Source of the DNA: Mycolicibacterium smegmatis
GTDB taxonomy: Bacteria > Actinomycetota > Actinomycetes > Mycobacteriales > Mycobacteriaceae
Direction: 5' to 3'
DNA length: 32,000 bases
Assembly (NCBI RefSeq): GCF_001457595.1
Contig: NZ_LN831039.1
Span: forward strand, 4,170,001-4,202,000
The notes beneath the pieces are model-generated. The model saw only the letters and a program-made list of their open reading frames with translations. It did not search any database and was not told where the DNA came from. Of the stretch, positions 23,449 through 31,616 are shown in pieces (the stretch's first letter is position 1; each line of letters opens with the position of its first letter). The translations under genes were made by a program, and so were the position numbers.

Positions 23449-24402
23449 TTGGGACGCATAGACGTTCACCAGCACATCGTGCCTCCAGCTTGGCACAGCG
23501 CGATGGAGGCGATGATCGGTGCGGGCACCCCTTGGCCCCAACCACCACACTGGAGCGCCTCGGCGGCGCTGACCTTCATGGACGACGCCGAAATCGACAC
23601 GGGCATTCTGTCGGTCACGGCGCCCGGTGTTGTGCTCGATGGGTTCACCACAACCGATGCGCAATCCCTGGCCATCGCGGTCAACGACCAGACGGCGGAG
23701 GTGGTGAAGGACCGTCCCGACCGTTTTGGCTTCTTCGCCTCGCTCCCGCTGCCCGACGTGGACGGGGCCATCACCGAGGCGGTTCGGGCCTTCGACGAAC
23801 TGTCAGCCGACGGCGTGGTGCTGCAATCCAACGTGCGCGGCCGCTATCTCGGCGATCCGTCCTTCGAACCCTTGTGGGCTGAGCTCAACGAGCGCAGCGC
23901 GGTGGTGCACATCCACCCCAACCAACCACCGCTGCCTGCTTTGGCCGGTACACCATTCCCTCTGGCCGACTTCATCTTCGACACCACGCGCAGCGCACTC
24001 GACATGGCCTTACGCGGGGTGCCCCGCCGGTATCCGCGGATGCGGGTGATCTTGTCGCACGGCGGGGGGTTCCTGCCCTACGCAGCTCACCGGTTCGCGG
24101 CTCTCGCTCCTGAACAGGTGGACGCGAATCTGACGCCCACCGACCTGATCGCTGATCTGCAGTGGTTCTACATGGACACCGCCCTCGCGTCCAGCCCGAC
24201 GAGTTGGCCCGCGCTGCGCGCGTTTGCGGCCCCTGGGCATGTGGTGTACGGCAGTGACTGGCCTTTCGCCCCGCCACACGTCAGCGCTTACTTCGACAGT
24301 CACCTCGAAGAGGTGTCGTCACAGGGTGAGCTGGATGAAGCGTCTTGGGGTGCGGCGCAACGGCTCTTCCCGCGCCTGGCAGCGCGGGTGAGCACGATCT
24401 GA
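23449..24402 (+). CDS. amidohydrolase-2 family protein (ACMSD/resorcylate-decarboxylase-type, non-oxidative decarboxylase candidate)
   Basis: TTG start at 23449, preceded by GGGAAGGAAAG. (L)GRIDVHQHIVPP (metal-binding HxH at the N-terminus), VILSHGGGFLPY, YGSDWPF. Confidence 0.8.
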   Translation: MGRIDVHQHIVPPAWHSAMEAMIGAGTPWPQPPHWSASAALTFMDDAEIDTGILSVTAPGVVLDGFTTTDAQSLAIAVNDQTAEVVKDRPDRFGFFASLPLPDVDGAITEAVRAFDELSADGVVLQSNVRGRYLGDPSFEPLWAELNERSAVVHIHPNQPPLPALAGTPFPLADFIFDTTRSALDMALRGVPRRYPRMRVILSHGGGFLPYAAHRFAALAPEQVDANLTPTDLIADLQWFYMDTALASSPTSWPALRAFAAPGHVVYGSDWPFAPPHVSAYFDSHLEEVSSQGELDEASWGAAQRLFPRLAARVSTI

Positions 24403-24467
24403 ACGTCGCTGGTCCCGGTTGCCTGCCATCCTCTGGCGTCGTTACAGCACAGCGAAAGCTGACAAGG

Positions 24468-26255
24468 TCACGCCTGTTCACCGCGCATGATGTCCCATAC
24501 GATCACGGCAAGTTGAAGCTCAAGACGTACGTCGGCCTTGCGCAAGTCCAGCCCGAGTAATGACTGAATTTTCGCGAGGCGGTACCCGACCGTGTTCACG
24601 TGGACTGTCAACCGATTTCCGGTCGCCGCCGCAGAGAATCCCTCGACCAGCCAGGTACGCAGCGTGGCAACGAGGTCGGTCTCTCGTTGTTCGTCATGTG
24701 ACTCGAGCGGCTCGATGAGGTTCTCGGCGAATCTCCGTAATTGGTCGGGCACGGTGCTGTTGAGCAGTAGCAGCGAAGTCAGAGGCACCCTGCGCAAGTC
24801 GACCAGCCCACCAGCACCGGCTGCCAGGCGAAGTTGGGTGGTTCGGACACCGGTCTGATAGTTGACCGGGTAATCCGCGAGCCGCTCCACAGGTGGTGAC
24901 AGCGCCACTGCCAGCCGGCCTCCCCCCGAGGATTCGGTGATGCGCGTGAGCGTCCGCTGCACGATCCGCAGAGGATCGCGATCGCAGGGAATCAGCATGA
25001 CAACGGAACTCGCGTAGACCCCGACAAGTGTCTCCTGGCGAGGGGCCGCCTCCCGGACAGTCAGGGCCACCTGATCGAGTTTCGGTCCGAACTCCCCGGC
25101 AAAGACCGCCAACCAATGCGGTGTGGTGAGGTCATGCCCCAGAGCTTCAGCCCGCTGGATCAACATCGTTGACGGTGGGACGTCCGAAGTGCGCAGCAGG
25201 TCGACCATGAGGTCACCACAAAGGCGCTCCTGAACTTCGACGATGTGACGTTGTTTGAGTATCTCCAGGCCGACCACCAGCGCGAAGTGCTCGATCAGAC
25301 GTTGTCTTCCGGCATCGGGCTCGCTCGGTTCCGTGATCACCCAGAGCCAGCCCGCCACCTCGCCGCTCAACACGATCGGGATCAACCAGGTCTCAGCCGC
25401 CTGTCTGTCGATCAGCAGAGCTTCGTAGCGGCCGGTGTCTTCCCACTTCGATCGGGTTTTCCTGTCCAACTTCGGCGGGTCGATGTACTCACCGGCTGAT
25501 GCCTCGGCGAGCACCCGCTCTGCCGAATCGAGGACGGTCGCCGACGCCTGCAGCATGTCCGCAAGCGCCGCGACCAGGCCGTCCATCCCTATGTCGTTCA
25601 GCACCAATCGCATGAGCCGCCGATGCTGCTGATCGGCCCAGTCGAGCGAGGCGCGCCGCCGTCTGAGTTCATCGTTGACCGCGGACAAGTCGTTGATGGT
25701 CGCCTGCTGCGCGGCCCGCAACTGGGCGGTGCGGATCGCGTTCGCCGACTGCTCGGCGAGCAACTTGGCGAGTTCTATCTCCTCGGGCTCGTAGTCGTGC
25801 GGGTCGCGGAAGTACCCGGCGAGGATCCCGACGTTGTCCTTTCCGACCCGCAGCGGCGCAGTGAGGACGCTGCGGTAGCCCTGTGCCGCAGCGAATCTGT
25901 GTAACCTCTCGCTGTTCTCCGCGTACACGTCGGGAACAACGATCGTGGTCAGCTCCCGGTACGCTTTCGTCGCGGGCAGGTCAGCCGAGAAGTCCGCTGG
26001 ATGAATCTCCAGCCATCCCTCGCTTCGCACCAGATCGAGATAGCGTTTCCGCAGACCTGACGACCCCGCGATCTGCATCACCTCATGCGTGACGTCGTCG
26101 AGCATCACCCCGCAGTAGTCGAACCCGACCAGATCGCATCCCATCTGGGCAATATCGTCGAGGACGGTCTCCAGCGGCTCCGCCGCGTTGACTGTCCGCG
26201 AGATCGCCGTGACCGCAGACATCCAGGCCCGGAGCGGATCAGACCGAACCGACAT
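24468..26255 (-). CDS. GAF-domain / PucR-type C-terminal HTH transcriptional regulator
   Basis: N-terminal GAF-like region (LETVLDDIAQMGCDLVGFDYCGVMLDD...). C-terminal PucR HTH: LVATLRTWLVEGFSAAATGNRLTVHVNTVGYRLAKIQSLLGLDL. ATG at 26255 preceded by GAGGA. Confidence 0.85.
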   Translation of the reverse strand: MSVRSDPLRAWMSAVTAISRTVNAAEPLETVLDDIAQMGCDLVGFDYCGVMLDDVTHEVMQIAGSSGLRKRYLDLVRSEGWLEIHPADFSADLPATKAYRELTTIVVPDVYAENSERLHRFAAAQGYRSVLTAPLRVGKDNVGILAGYFRDPHDYEPEEIELAKLLAEQSANAIRTAQLRAAQQATINDLSAVNDELRRRRASLDWADQQHRRLMRLVLNDIGMDGLVAALADMLQASATVLDSAERVLAEASAGEYIDPPKLDRKTRSKWEDTGRYEALLIDRQAAETWLIPIVLSGEVAGWLWVITEPSEPDAGRQRLIEHFALVVGLEILKQRHIVEVQERLCGDLMVDLLRTSDVPPSTMLIQRAEALGHDLTTPHWLAVFAGEFGPKLDQVALTVREAAPRQETLVGVYASSVVMLIPCDRDPLRIVQRTLTRITESSGGGRLAVALSPPVERLADYPVNYQTGVRTTQLRLAAGAGGLVDLRRVPLTSLLLLNSTVPDQLRRFAENLIEPLESHDEQRETDLVATLRTWLVEGFSAAATGNRLTVHVNTVGYRLAKIQSLLGLDLRKADVRLELQLAVIVWDIMRGEQA

Positions 26256-26299
26256 CAACCATCCTCTGTGGGCACATCAGTCCTTACGACACTACAAGA

Positions 26300-26581
26300 T
26301 CAGAGCTCCACATAGTGCTGCGCGAGCGGCTGAACGTCGATTTTCATGTACGGGTGGGCCGGCAAGGCCGACAATTTGTCATGTAGCTCCGAAGCTGAAG
26401 CAGCTGACCATATTCCGACGTTGGACCTGGTCCCGGGGATCCTCCAAATACGTACGATGACACCCGCACGACGGTATCCGCGGGCACGTTCGGCTTCTCG
26501 GGCCATGACCGCGTCCCACTCTGCGTCAGGCACGGTCGCAGGCCGTTCGACATCGATCCGCACCAGGTATTCATTCGTCAT
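26300..26581 (-). CDS. muconolactone delta-isomerase-fold protein (93 aa)
   Basis: Length and pattern MTNEYLVRIDVERP...RIWRIPGTRSNVGIWSAASASELHDKLSALPAHPYMKIDVQPL match the CatC family as I recall it. Its ATG overlaps the upstream CoA-transferase stop (ATGA). Confidence 0.75.
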   Translation of the reverse strand: MTNEYLVRIDVERPATVPDAEWDAVMAREAERARGYRRAGVIVRIWRIPGTRSNVGIWSAASASELHDKLSALPAHPYMKIDVQPLAQHYVEL

Positions 26582-27738
26582 CGGATTCCCAACTCTTCGA
26601 GCAACTCGTCGGTGTGGGCCCCGACCGCCGGAACGCTTGCGCTGTCATCGGCAGCGGTGGGGCGACTTGCGAAACGAAACGGCGCCGCCACCACGGGCAC
26701 GGTCGCCCCGGACGGCAGCGTCGCTGTCGTCCAGCGATTCCCTGCCTGCAGCTGCGGATGCGCAACGACGTCCGCGACGCCGTTCATCCGGCCCCACGGC
26801 ACACCCGCTGCGTCCAGCCTCTCGACCAAGGCTTTCTCGGAGATGCCGGCCACCGCTGATGCAACGGCCTTTTCCACGTCGTTCCGCCGCGCCAGGCGGC
26901 CCGCGTTGTGTCGCAGATCAGGATCGTCGCTCAATGCCGAGGCGCCGACGCACCCACACAAAGCCAACCACTGGCGATCGTTTTGTACCGCGATGTTGAT
27001 GACCTTCCCGTCTTGTGTGGTGAACGGTCCGTACGGGGTGATCGTTGCGTGTCGCGTCCCCGCGGGCGGAATCTCGACTCCGGCCTCCAGGTACGCGATC
27101 AGAAGAGGGCTCATCCACTCGACCAGGACATCGAACATCGCCACGTGGACACGGTCACCCCGTCCCGTCGCGTCGCGTTGGCGCAACGCACTGAGGATCG
27201 CGGTGACCGCGTATATCCCGCCGCCGAGATCAGCCAGCGAAACGCCCGGCTTAGCGGGGCATCCGGGCTCACCGGTGTTGAGCGTCACCCCGGCCTCGCC
27301 TTGGACCAGCAGATCGAACGCCTTGCGTTTCTCGTAGGGGCCGTCCGGCCCGTATCCGCTGATGGCGCACCACACGAGACGCGGATTACGTTCCGCGAGT
27401 GTCGAATCGTCGACGATACGGTCAACCGCCCCGGGTGCGAGGTTCGTCAGGAAGACATCTGCGGTGTCGAGGAGTCGCAGGAGGACTTCACGTCCGGCGT
27501 CGTCCTTGAGGTCCAACGCGACGCTGCGCTTCCCGCGGTTGAGCCACACGAAGTGTGACGACATACCTTTCGCATAGGTGTCGTAGTCGCGAGCAAAGTC
27601 ACCTCCTCCGGGACGCTCGATCTTGATGACGTCTGCGCCGAGGTCAGCCAGGTGACGAGAGCACAGCGGGGCCGCGACTGCCTGTTCGATTGCGACGACT
27701 CGGATTCCGTCGAGCGGTAGCGTCTGTTTCTCGATCAT
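26578..27738 (-). CDS. family III CoA-transferase (CaiB/BaiF type)
   Basis: MIEKQTLPLDGIRVVAIEQAVAAPLCSRHLADLGADVIKIERPGGGDFAR. Start trimmed to the ATG at 27738, which shares one base with the upstream TGA. Confidence 0.9.
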   Translation of the reverse strand: MIEKQTLPLDGIRVVAIEQAVAAPLCSRHLADLGADVIKIERPGGGDFARDYDTYAKGMSSHFVWLNRGKRSVALDLKDDAGREVLLRLLDTADVFLTNLAPGAVDRIVDDSTLAERNPRLVWCAISGYGPDGPYEKRKAFDLLVQGEAGVTLNTGEPGCPAKPGVSLADLGGGIYAVTAILSALRQRDATGRGDRVHVAMFDVLVEWMSPLLIAYLEAGVEIPPAGTRHATITPYGPFTTQDGKVINIAVQNDRQWLALCGCVGASALSDDPDLRHNAGRLARRNDVEKAVASAVAGISEKALVERLDAAGVPWGRMNGVADVVAHPQLQAGNRWTTATLPSGATVPVVAAPFRFASRPTAADDSASVPAVGAHTDELLEELGIR

Positions 27739-28703
27739 CAGAACCTCAACTTCGTGCCGACGGAGGGCTGCAGGTACCGGTCCGGTGCTTCCACCGAGAA
27801 TCGGGCGTGGGTGGCGAGTCCGCTGCAATGCATCGGCATGATCGCCCGCACATCACGTTCCAGCAGGCCGGTGAGCGTCAGCCCGACATTGTCGGCAGGT
27901 GTGGTCGGGAAACCGAGATGGAACCCGCCCAGAACCGCGAGAACCGGACGATGCCCGCAAATTCGTCGTGCTTGATCGATGGTGTTCAGGACACCTGCGT
28001 GTGCACAGCCGGTCAGGATCACCAGCCCCTTGCCCTTGACGTCGATGATCAGACCCTGCTCGTCGTTGACCTCATCGAGACCGTAACTGCCGTCAGCTCC
28101 CACCTGGTACAGGCCAGGGGCATGGTCCTCGCTCGGCGCCTTCGGCCCTTCGAAGGAAACCTCCCGCGGGATGAAGCCCGTGGTGTATACGCCGCACCCC
28201 AGGTCGAGCGCTCCGGAGCTGAGAATTGGTCTGCCATCGCGGCGCTCAAGCGCATCGACGGTGAACGACTGGTTGTAATAGGGCGACACCCGGCCGTCGC
28301 CCATCACCGCGAACCGGGGCCGGAAGGCGTCTTCGCTCGTGGCGACCGGCAGCGTCCGGTCGAAGGCGTCGAGCAGCGGGAGTATTCCCCCGTAATGATC
28401 TGGATGCCCGTGGCTTATCACGACGGCATCGATTGCCGAGGCATCCACACCCAGAGCACTCAAGTTGTGCAGGAGCACGGAACCGGTCAGCCCCACATCG
28501 AACAGCACCGTTGTGGTGTGCCGGTCGTGGTGCGCCTCGACGAGGATGCTGATCCCGTTCTCCGCCTGCGGGGGGATGCGCTTCGGATCGAAGTGATCGA
28601 CCAGACCTGTACGCACACAATGGTCACCGTGATCGGGTAGCAGCATGTCCACCCAATTCTCGACCAGAATCGTCAGCTCGACCCGGTCGGCTTGGAACGT
28701 CAT
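27738..28703 (-). CDS. MBL-fold metallo-hydrolase
   Basis: HxHxDH motif in VVISHGHPDHYGG. Start preceded by GAAGGGA. Confidence 0.85.
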   Translation of the reverse strand: MTFQADRVELTILVENWVDMLLPDHGDHCVRTGLVDHFDPKRIPPQAENGISILVEAHHDRHTTTVLFDVGLTGSVLLHNLSALGVDASAIDAVVISHGHPDHYGGILPLLDAFDRTLPVATSEDAFRPRFAVMGDGRVSPYYNQSFTVDALERRDGRPILSSGALDLGCGVYTTGFIPREVSFEGPKAPSEDHAPGLYQVGADGSYGLDEVNDEQGLIIDVKGKGLVILTGCAHAGVLNTIDQARRICGHRPVLAVLGGFHLGFPTTPADNVGLTLTGLLERDVRAIMPMHCSGLATHARFSVEAPDRYLQPSVGTKLRF

Positions 28704-28800
28704 CAGGGTCCCTTCGTGGTTATCTCGAACGGTTTGTAGAACAGGTGGCGCTCAACGATGCGGCTACCGAGGCCCGCCTCCGTCGTCGGCCAACCTTCGA

Positions 28801-29784
28801 TCAGAAGATGGCAAGGGGATTGACCGGAGAGCCCACCGCTGCGGTGATCGGCAGCGGCGGGGCAACGAAGAAGAACTCGTAACGCTCCTGCTGCCTGCAC
28901 ACATCGGCCAGCCGTTCGAGGTCGAATATCTCGCCAATCGTCATGCCCGCGTTGGCAAGAAGAATCAGGTGCAACGGCTGGAACACCCCAGGGGTGTCAT
29001 TGGGCTGAACTTCCGCACCCCAGGTGTCGGTGGCAAGAGCGGCGATCTCGTGCTCGACGAACCAATGGGCGCTGTCGACGCCGAGGCCCGGTGCGGGACC
29101 TGAGTCGTAGGCCCCCCAGGTCCCCTCGGCACGTACCTGGGCCAACTGACCTGTGCGGATGAGCACTATGTCACCACTACATATCGACACACCCTGCTGA
29201 TCTGCACAGGCAGTCAGGTCCGCGCTGTTGATCGCATGGCCGGCCTCGAGCCACGGAACGTCATGGTGGCGTGCCACGTCGAGGAGGACACCGCGGCCTG
29301 CGATACCGTCGGCCACCTTGTCGATGCTGTTGGCTGTCGCGCCGCTGCTGGTCACCGACTCCAGCCCGTGCCCGTTGTACATCTGACCCCGATAGAAGAT
29401 GTGCGCCAGGGCGTCCCACTGAGTACCGCACTGCAATGGCATCGATACCGCGTCATCGCAGTAACGAAGAATGTCGAGGTGGTCCTGGGCACCGAGGGCG
29501 ATATCTCCGCCGTCCTGGAGCATGGAGTGGATAGGATTCGTCCTGCCGCCGAACCCGCCGGCCTGCGGACCGTCGCCGTTGAACGGCAGTGCGCAGGACA
29601 CCACCGTTCCGGTCCTCACCAGTGCCGCCGCCTCGGCGATCGCGGCCGGGGTGATGAAGTTCAGTGTCCCGCGCTCGTCGTCCTCACCCCACCTCCCCCA
29701 GTTGCGGTACTTGAGGCAGAGTTCGTCCACAAGTTTCACGGCATCGCCGCCGAGATCTGCTGTAGAGGTATGAAGTTGGGTCAT
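28801..29784 (-). CDS. cyclase-family (arylformamidase/isatin-hydrolase fold) protein, variant metal motif
   Basis: YRNWGRWGEDDERGTLNFITP N-terminus. QCGTQWDALAH occupies the place of HxGTHxDxPxH. AAGGAG 6 nt before the ATG. Confidence 0.75.
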   Translation of the reverse strand: MTQLHTSTADLGGDAVKLVDELCLKYRNWGRWGEDDERGTLNFITPAAIAEAAALVRTGTVVSCALPFNGDGPQAGGFGGRTNPIHSMLQDGGDIALGAQDHLDILRYCDDAVSMPLQCGTQWDALAHIFYRGQMYNGHGLESVTSSGATANSIDKVADGIAGRGVLLDVARHHDVPWLEAGHAINSADLTACADQQGVSICSGDIVLIRTGQLAQVRAEGTWGAYDSGPAPGLGVDSAHWFVEHEIAALATDTWGAEVQPNDTPGVFQPLHLILLANAGMTIGEIFDLERLADVCRQQERYEFFFVAPPLPITAAVGSPVNPLAIF

Positions 29785-29826
29785 GTCCGTCTCCTTTGCA
29801 CAGTTGAAGGTGGGAAAACTGTTCTG

Positions 29827-31275
29827 TCAGCCTCGGATCGCAGACATCGAGTCGCGACCTGACCGGTTGCGCTTGCGCGCCTCGATCTCCGCATCGAGCG
29901 TTTCGAGGTTTTTCCCTCGGGTCTCGAACCCCAGGAGCAGGAAGGCGCATCCGCACAGGAGGTACCAGACCGCGAAGTAGGCGAACGCCGGGAGGAGGTC
30001 CGTTGTCGGCGCGTCAGGTTTCACCAAGTTGTCCGAGCCGACGATCAAACCCAGTCCGAGCGGGCCGACGACCTTTCCGAGGCCGCCTGCGCCGTAGGCG
30101 AATCCCATGCCGGTGGCCCGCAATCGGCTGGGCCACACCTCAGCTGAGTAGGGGCCGACGACGGCGAAGCCACCTTCGGCGAAGAAGTAGACGGCGATCA
30201 TCACGACAAGAAACACGGCCACTCCCCCGATGTATGCGTCGCCCGCCACGGCGGCGAGGATGACGAGCCCGGCCGCCGAGAAGGCAGCGAGCGCACCGGT
30301 GAACCGACGCCCCCTGCTCTCGGAGAGGTGAGACAGGAAGAGGCGACCTGCCAGCGCTCCCATCGTGACGAACACCATGTACAGACCCGCTTGAGCCGGG
30401 TCGATCCCGAGCGTCATGACAAGAAGCGTTGGTGCCCATAGCGCGATGCCGTAGACGCCCGTCTGGGCACCCAGATTGGTGACGGTCGACAGCAGCAGGC
30501 TACGCGGGTATGCGAGCAGTTCTCGGACACTGGAACCGGCGGGGTCGTCGACTGCGTGTTCGCTGTCATCGTCGCTGCTCGCGAGCGGAAGTGATGCCGG
30601 GTCGACCTGCAGAGCCCAGCCGACTGCCTTACGGGCGTCCTCGAAACGCCGTCTACGGAGCAGGAACCGGGGAGATTCGGGAACGGTGAACCGCGCCAGC
30701 AGAAGCAGGAGACCGGATGCTCCTGTGAGGAGCAGGATTCCGCGCCAGCCGATCAGGTCCGAAAGCAGCCACACCATCAAGGAGCCCACGAGGAAACCGA
30801 GTGGTACCGCTGCGGTCACGTAACCCGTTACACGCCCCCGCTTGCTGGTGGGCATGAACTCCTGGACCATCGGCAGATCCACCACGTAGAGCCCCCCGGC
30901 ACCGAAGCCGACGACGACCCGGAGTACGGCAAGATAAACCCATCCGAGAGAGGCGTCTTCAGGAGTGAATGCCATCGCGGCGGTCGCGGCGGTGAACACC
31001 GTGATCGTGGTGAGAAACACCGGCCTTCGACCGATGCGGTCGGCCAGGCGGCCGAAGAATACCGCACCGACAACGGCGCCCAGTCCGGACGACAGCAAGA
31101 TCACCGAGGACTGTCCGAAGGTGAGCTGCCACGACGTCGAGACGAAAGTGACGATGAATCCGATGAGAAAATAGTCGAGAAACTCCAGGCATATCGCCGA
31201 GGTGGCGATGTATGCCAACCCCTTCTGTCGCCGGGTCAGCCTTTCACATGTGTCGAGCGCATCAATCGTTCCCAC
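29827..31275 (-). CDS. MFS transporter (aromatic-acid/metabolite:H+ symporter-like)
   Basis: About 12 hydrophobic segments. GRLADRIGRRPVF (MFS loop 2-3 motif). Start trimmed from the track's 31413 to GTG 31275, because the upstream 46 aa are not protein-like. Confidence 0.85.
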   Translation of the reverse strand: MGTIDALDTCERLTRRQKGLAYIATSAICLEFLDYFLIGFIVTFVSTSWQLTFGQSSVILLSSGLGAVVGAVFFGRLADRIGRRPVFLTTITVFTAATAAMAFTPEDASLGWVYLAVLRVVVGFGAGGLYVVDLPMVQEFMPTSKRGRVTGYVTAAVPLGFLVGSLMVWLLSDLIGWRGILLLTGASGLLLLLARFTVPESPRFLLRRRRFEDARKAVGWALQVDPASLPLASSDDDSEHAVDDPAGSSVRELLAYPRSLLLSTVTNLGAQTGVYGIALWAPTLLVMTLGIDPAQAGLYMVFVTMGALAGRLFLSHLSESRGRRFTGALAAFSAAGLVILAAVAGDAYIGGVAVFLVVMIAVYFFAEGGFAVVGPYSAEVWPSRLRATGMGFAYGAGGLGKVVGPLGLGLIVGSDNLVKPDAPTTDLLPAFAYFAVWYLLCGCAFLLLGFETRGKNLETLDAEIEARKRNRSGRDSMSAIRG

Positions 31276-31334
31276 AAGCGTTTTCGCCTCTCTTCTACGA
31301 CCCGCTGCCCTGTGTGCGCGGTCCGTGTCTGCGC

Positions 31335-31586
31335 TCAATTGTGATGAGGAGCACTTGAGCAGACCATGGGAAGGAACACCGCGTTTGGGTCGATTCTTTG
31401 TGTGCAAACACAACCAAACCGGTTGCTCTGATCACCGAACTCAGAGAGATCTCCTTCAAGCCTTGCCGGCGGTGGGACGTCTCCGCAGCCGAGGTCGCCA
31501 CCCTCCAGCTCAAGCACTCGGCCGAACAACATCCGCTCGCAGATGAAGTCATCGAACTTGGCCGGAGTCGGCAGATTCTTGCCGGG
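31335..31586 (-). pseudogene. possible 5'-truncated ORF remnant abutting the IS end
   Basis: The open frame runs from the first base outside the IS inverted repeat: PGKNLPTPAKFDDFICERMLFGRVLELEGGDLGCGDV... GC3 is high in the first 40 codons or so. No start codon context and no family recognised. Confidence 0.25.
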
Positions 31587-31614
31587 TGATCCGCCCCGGC
31601 ATGTCGGGAGGTTC
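31587..31614. repeat. terminal inverted repeat of an IS3-family element (TGATCCGCCCCGGCATGTCGGGAGGTTC)
   Basis: Begins with TG and sits 2 nt beyond the transposase stop codon (31617-31619). It closely resembles, from memory, the 28-bp IR of IS6110 (TGAACCGCCCCGG...GTCCGGAGACTC). Confidence 0.7.
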
Positions 31615-31616
31615 TC

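Noticed and set aside
22671-23459. 262-aa minus-strand ORF
   Set aside because: It is an exact antisense shadow of the GntR gene, whose own frame has a clear winged HTH.
27690-28640. 316-aa plus-strand ORF
   Set aside because: It is antisense to the MBL-fold gene, which carries HxHxDH. No motifs of its own.
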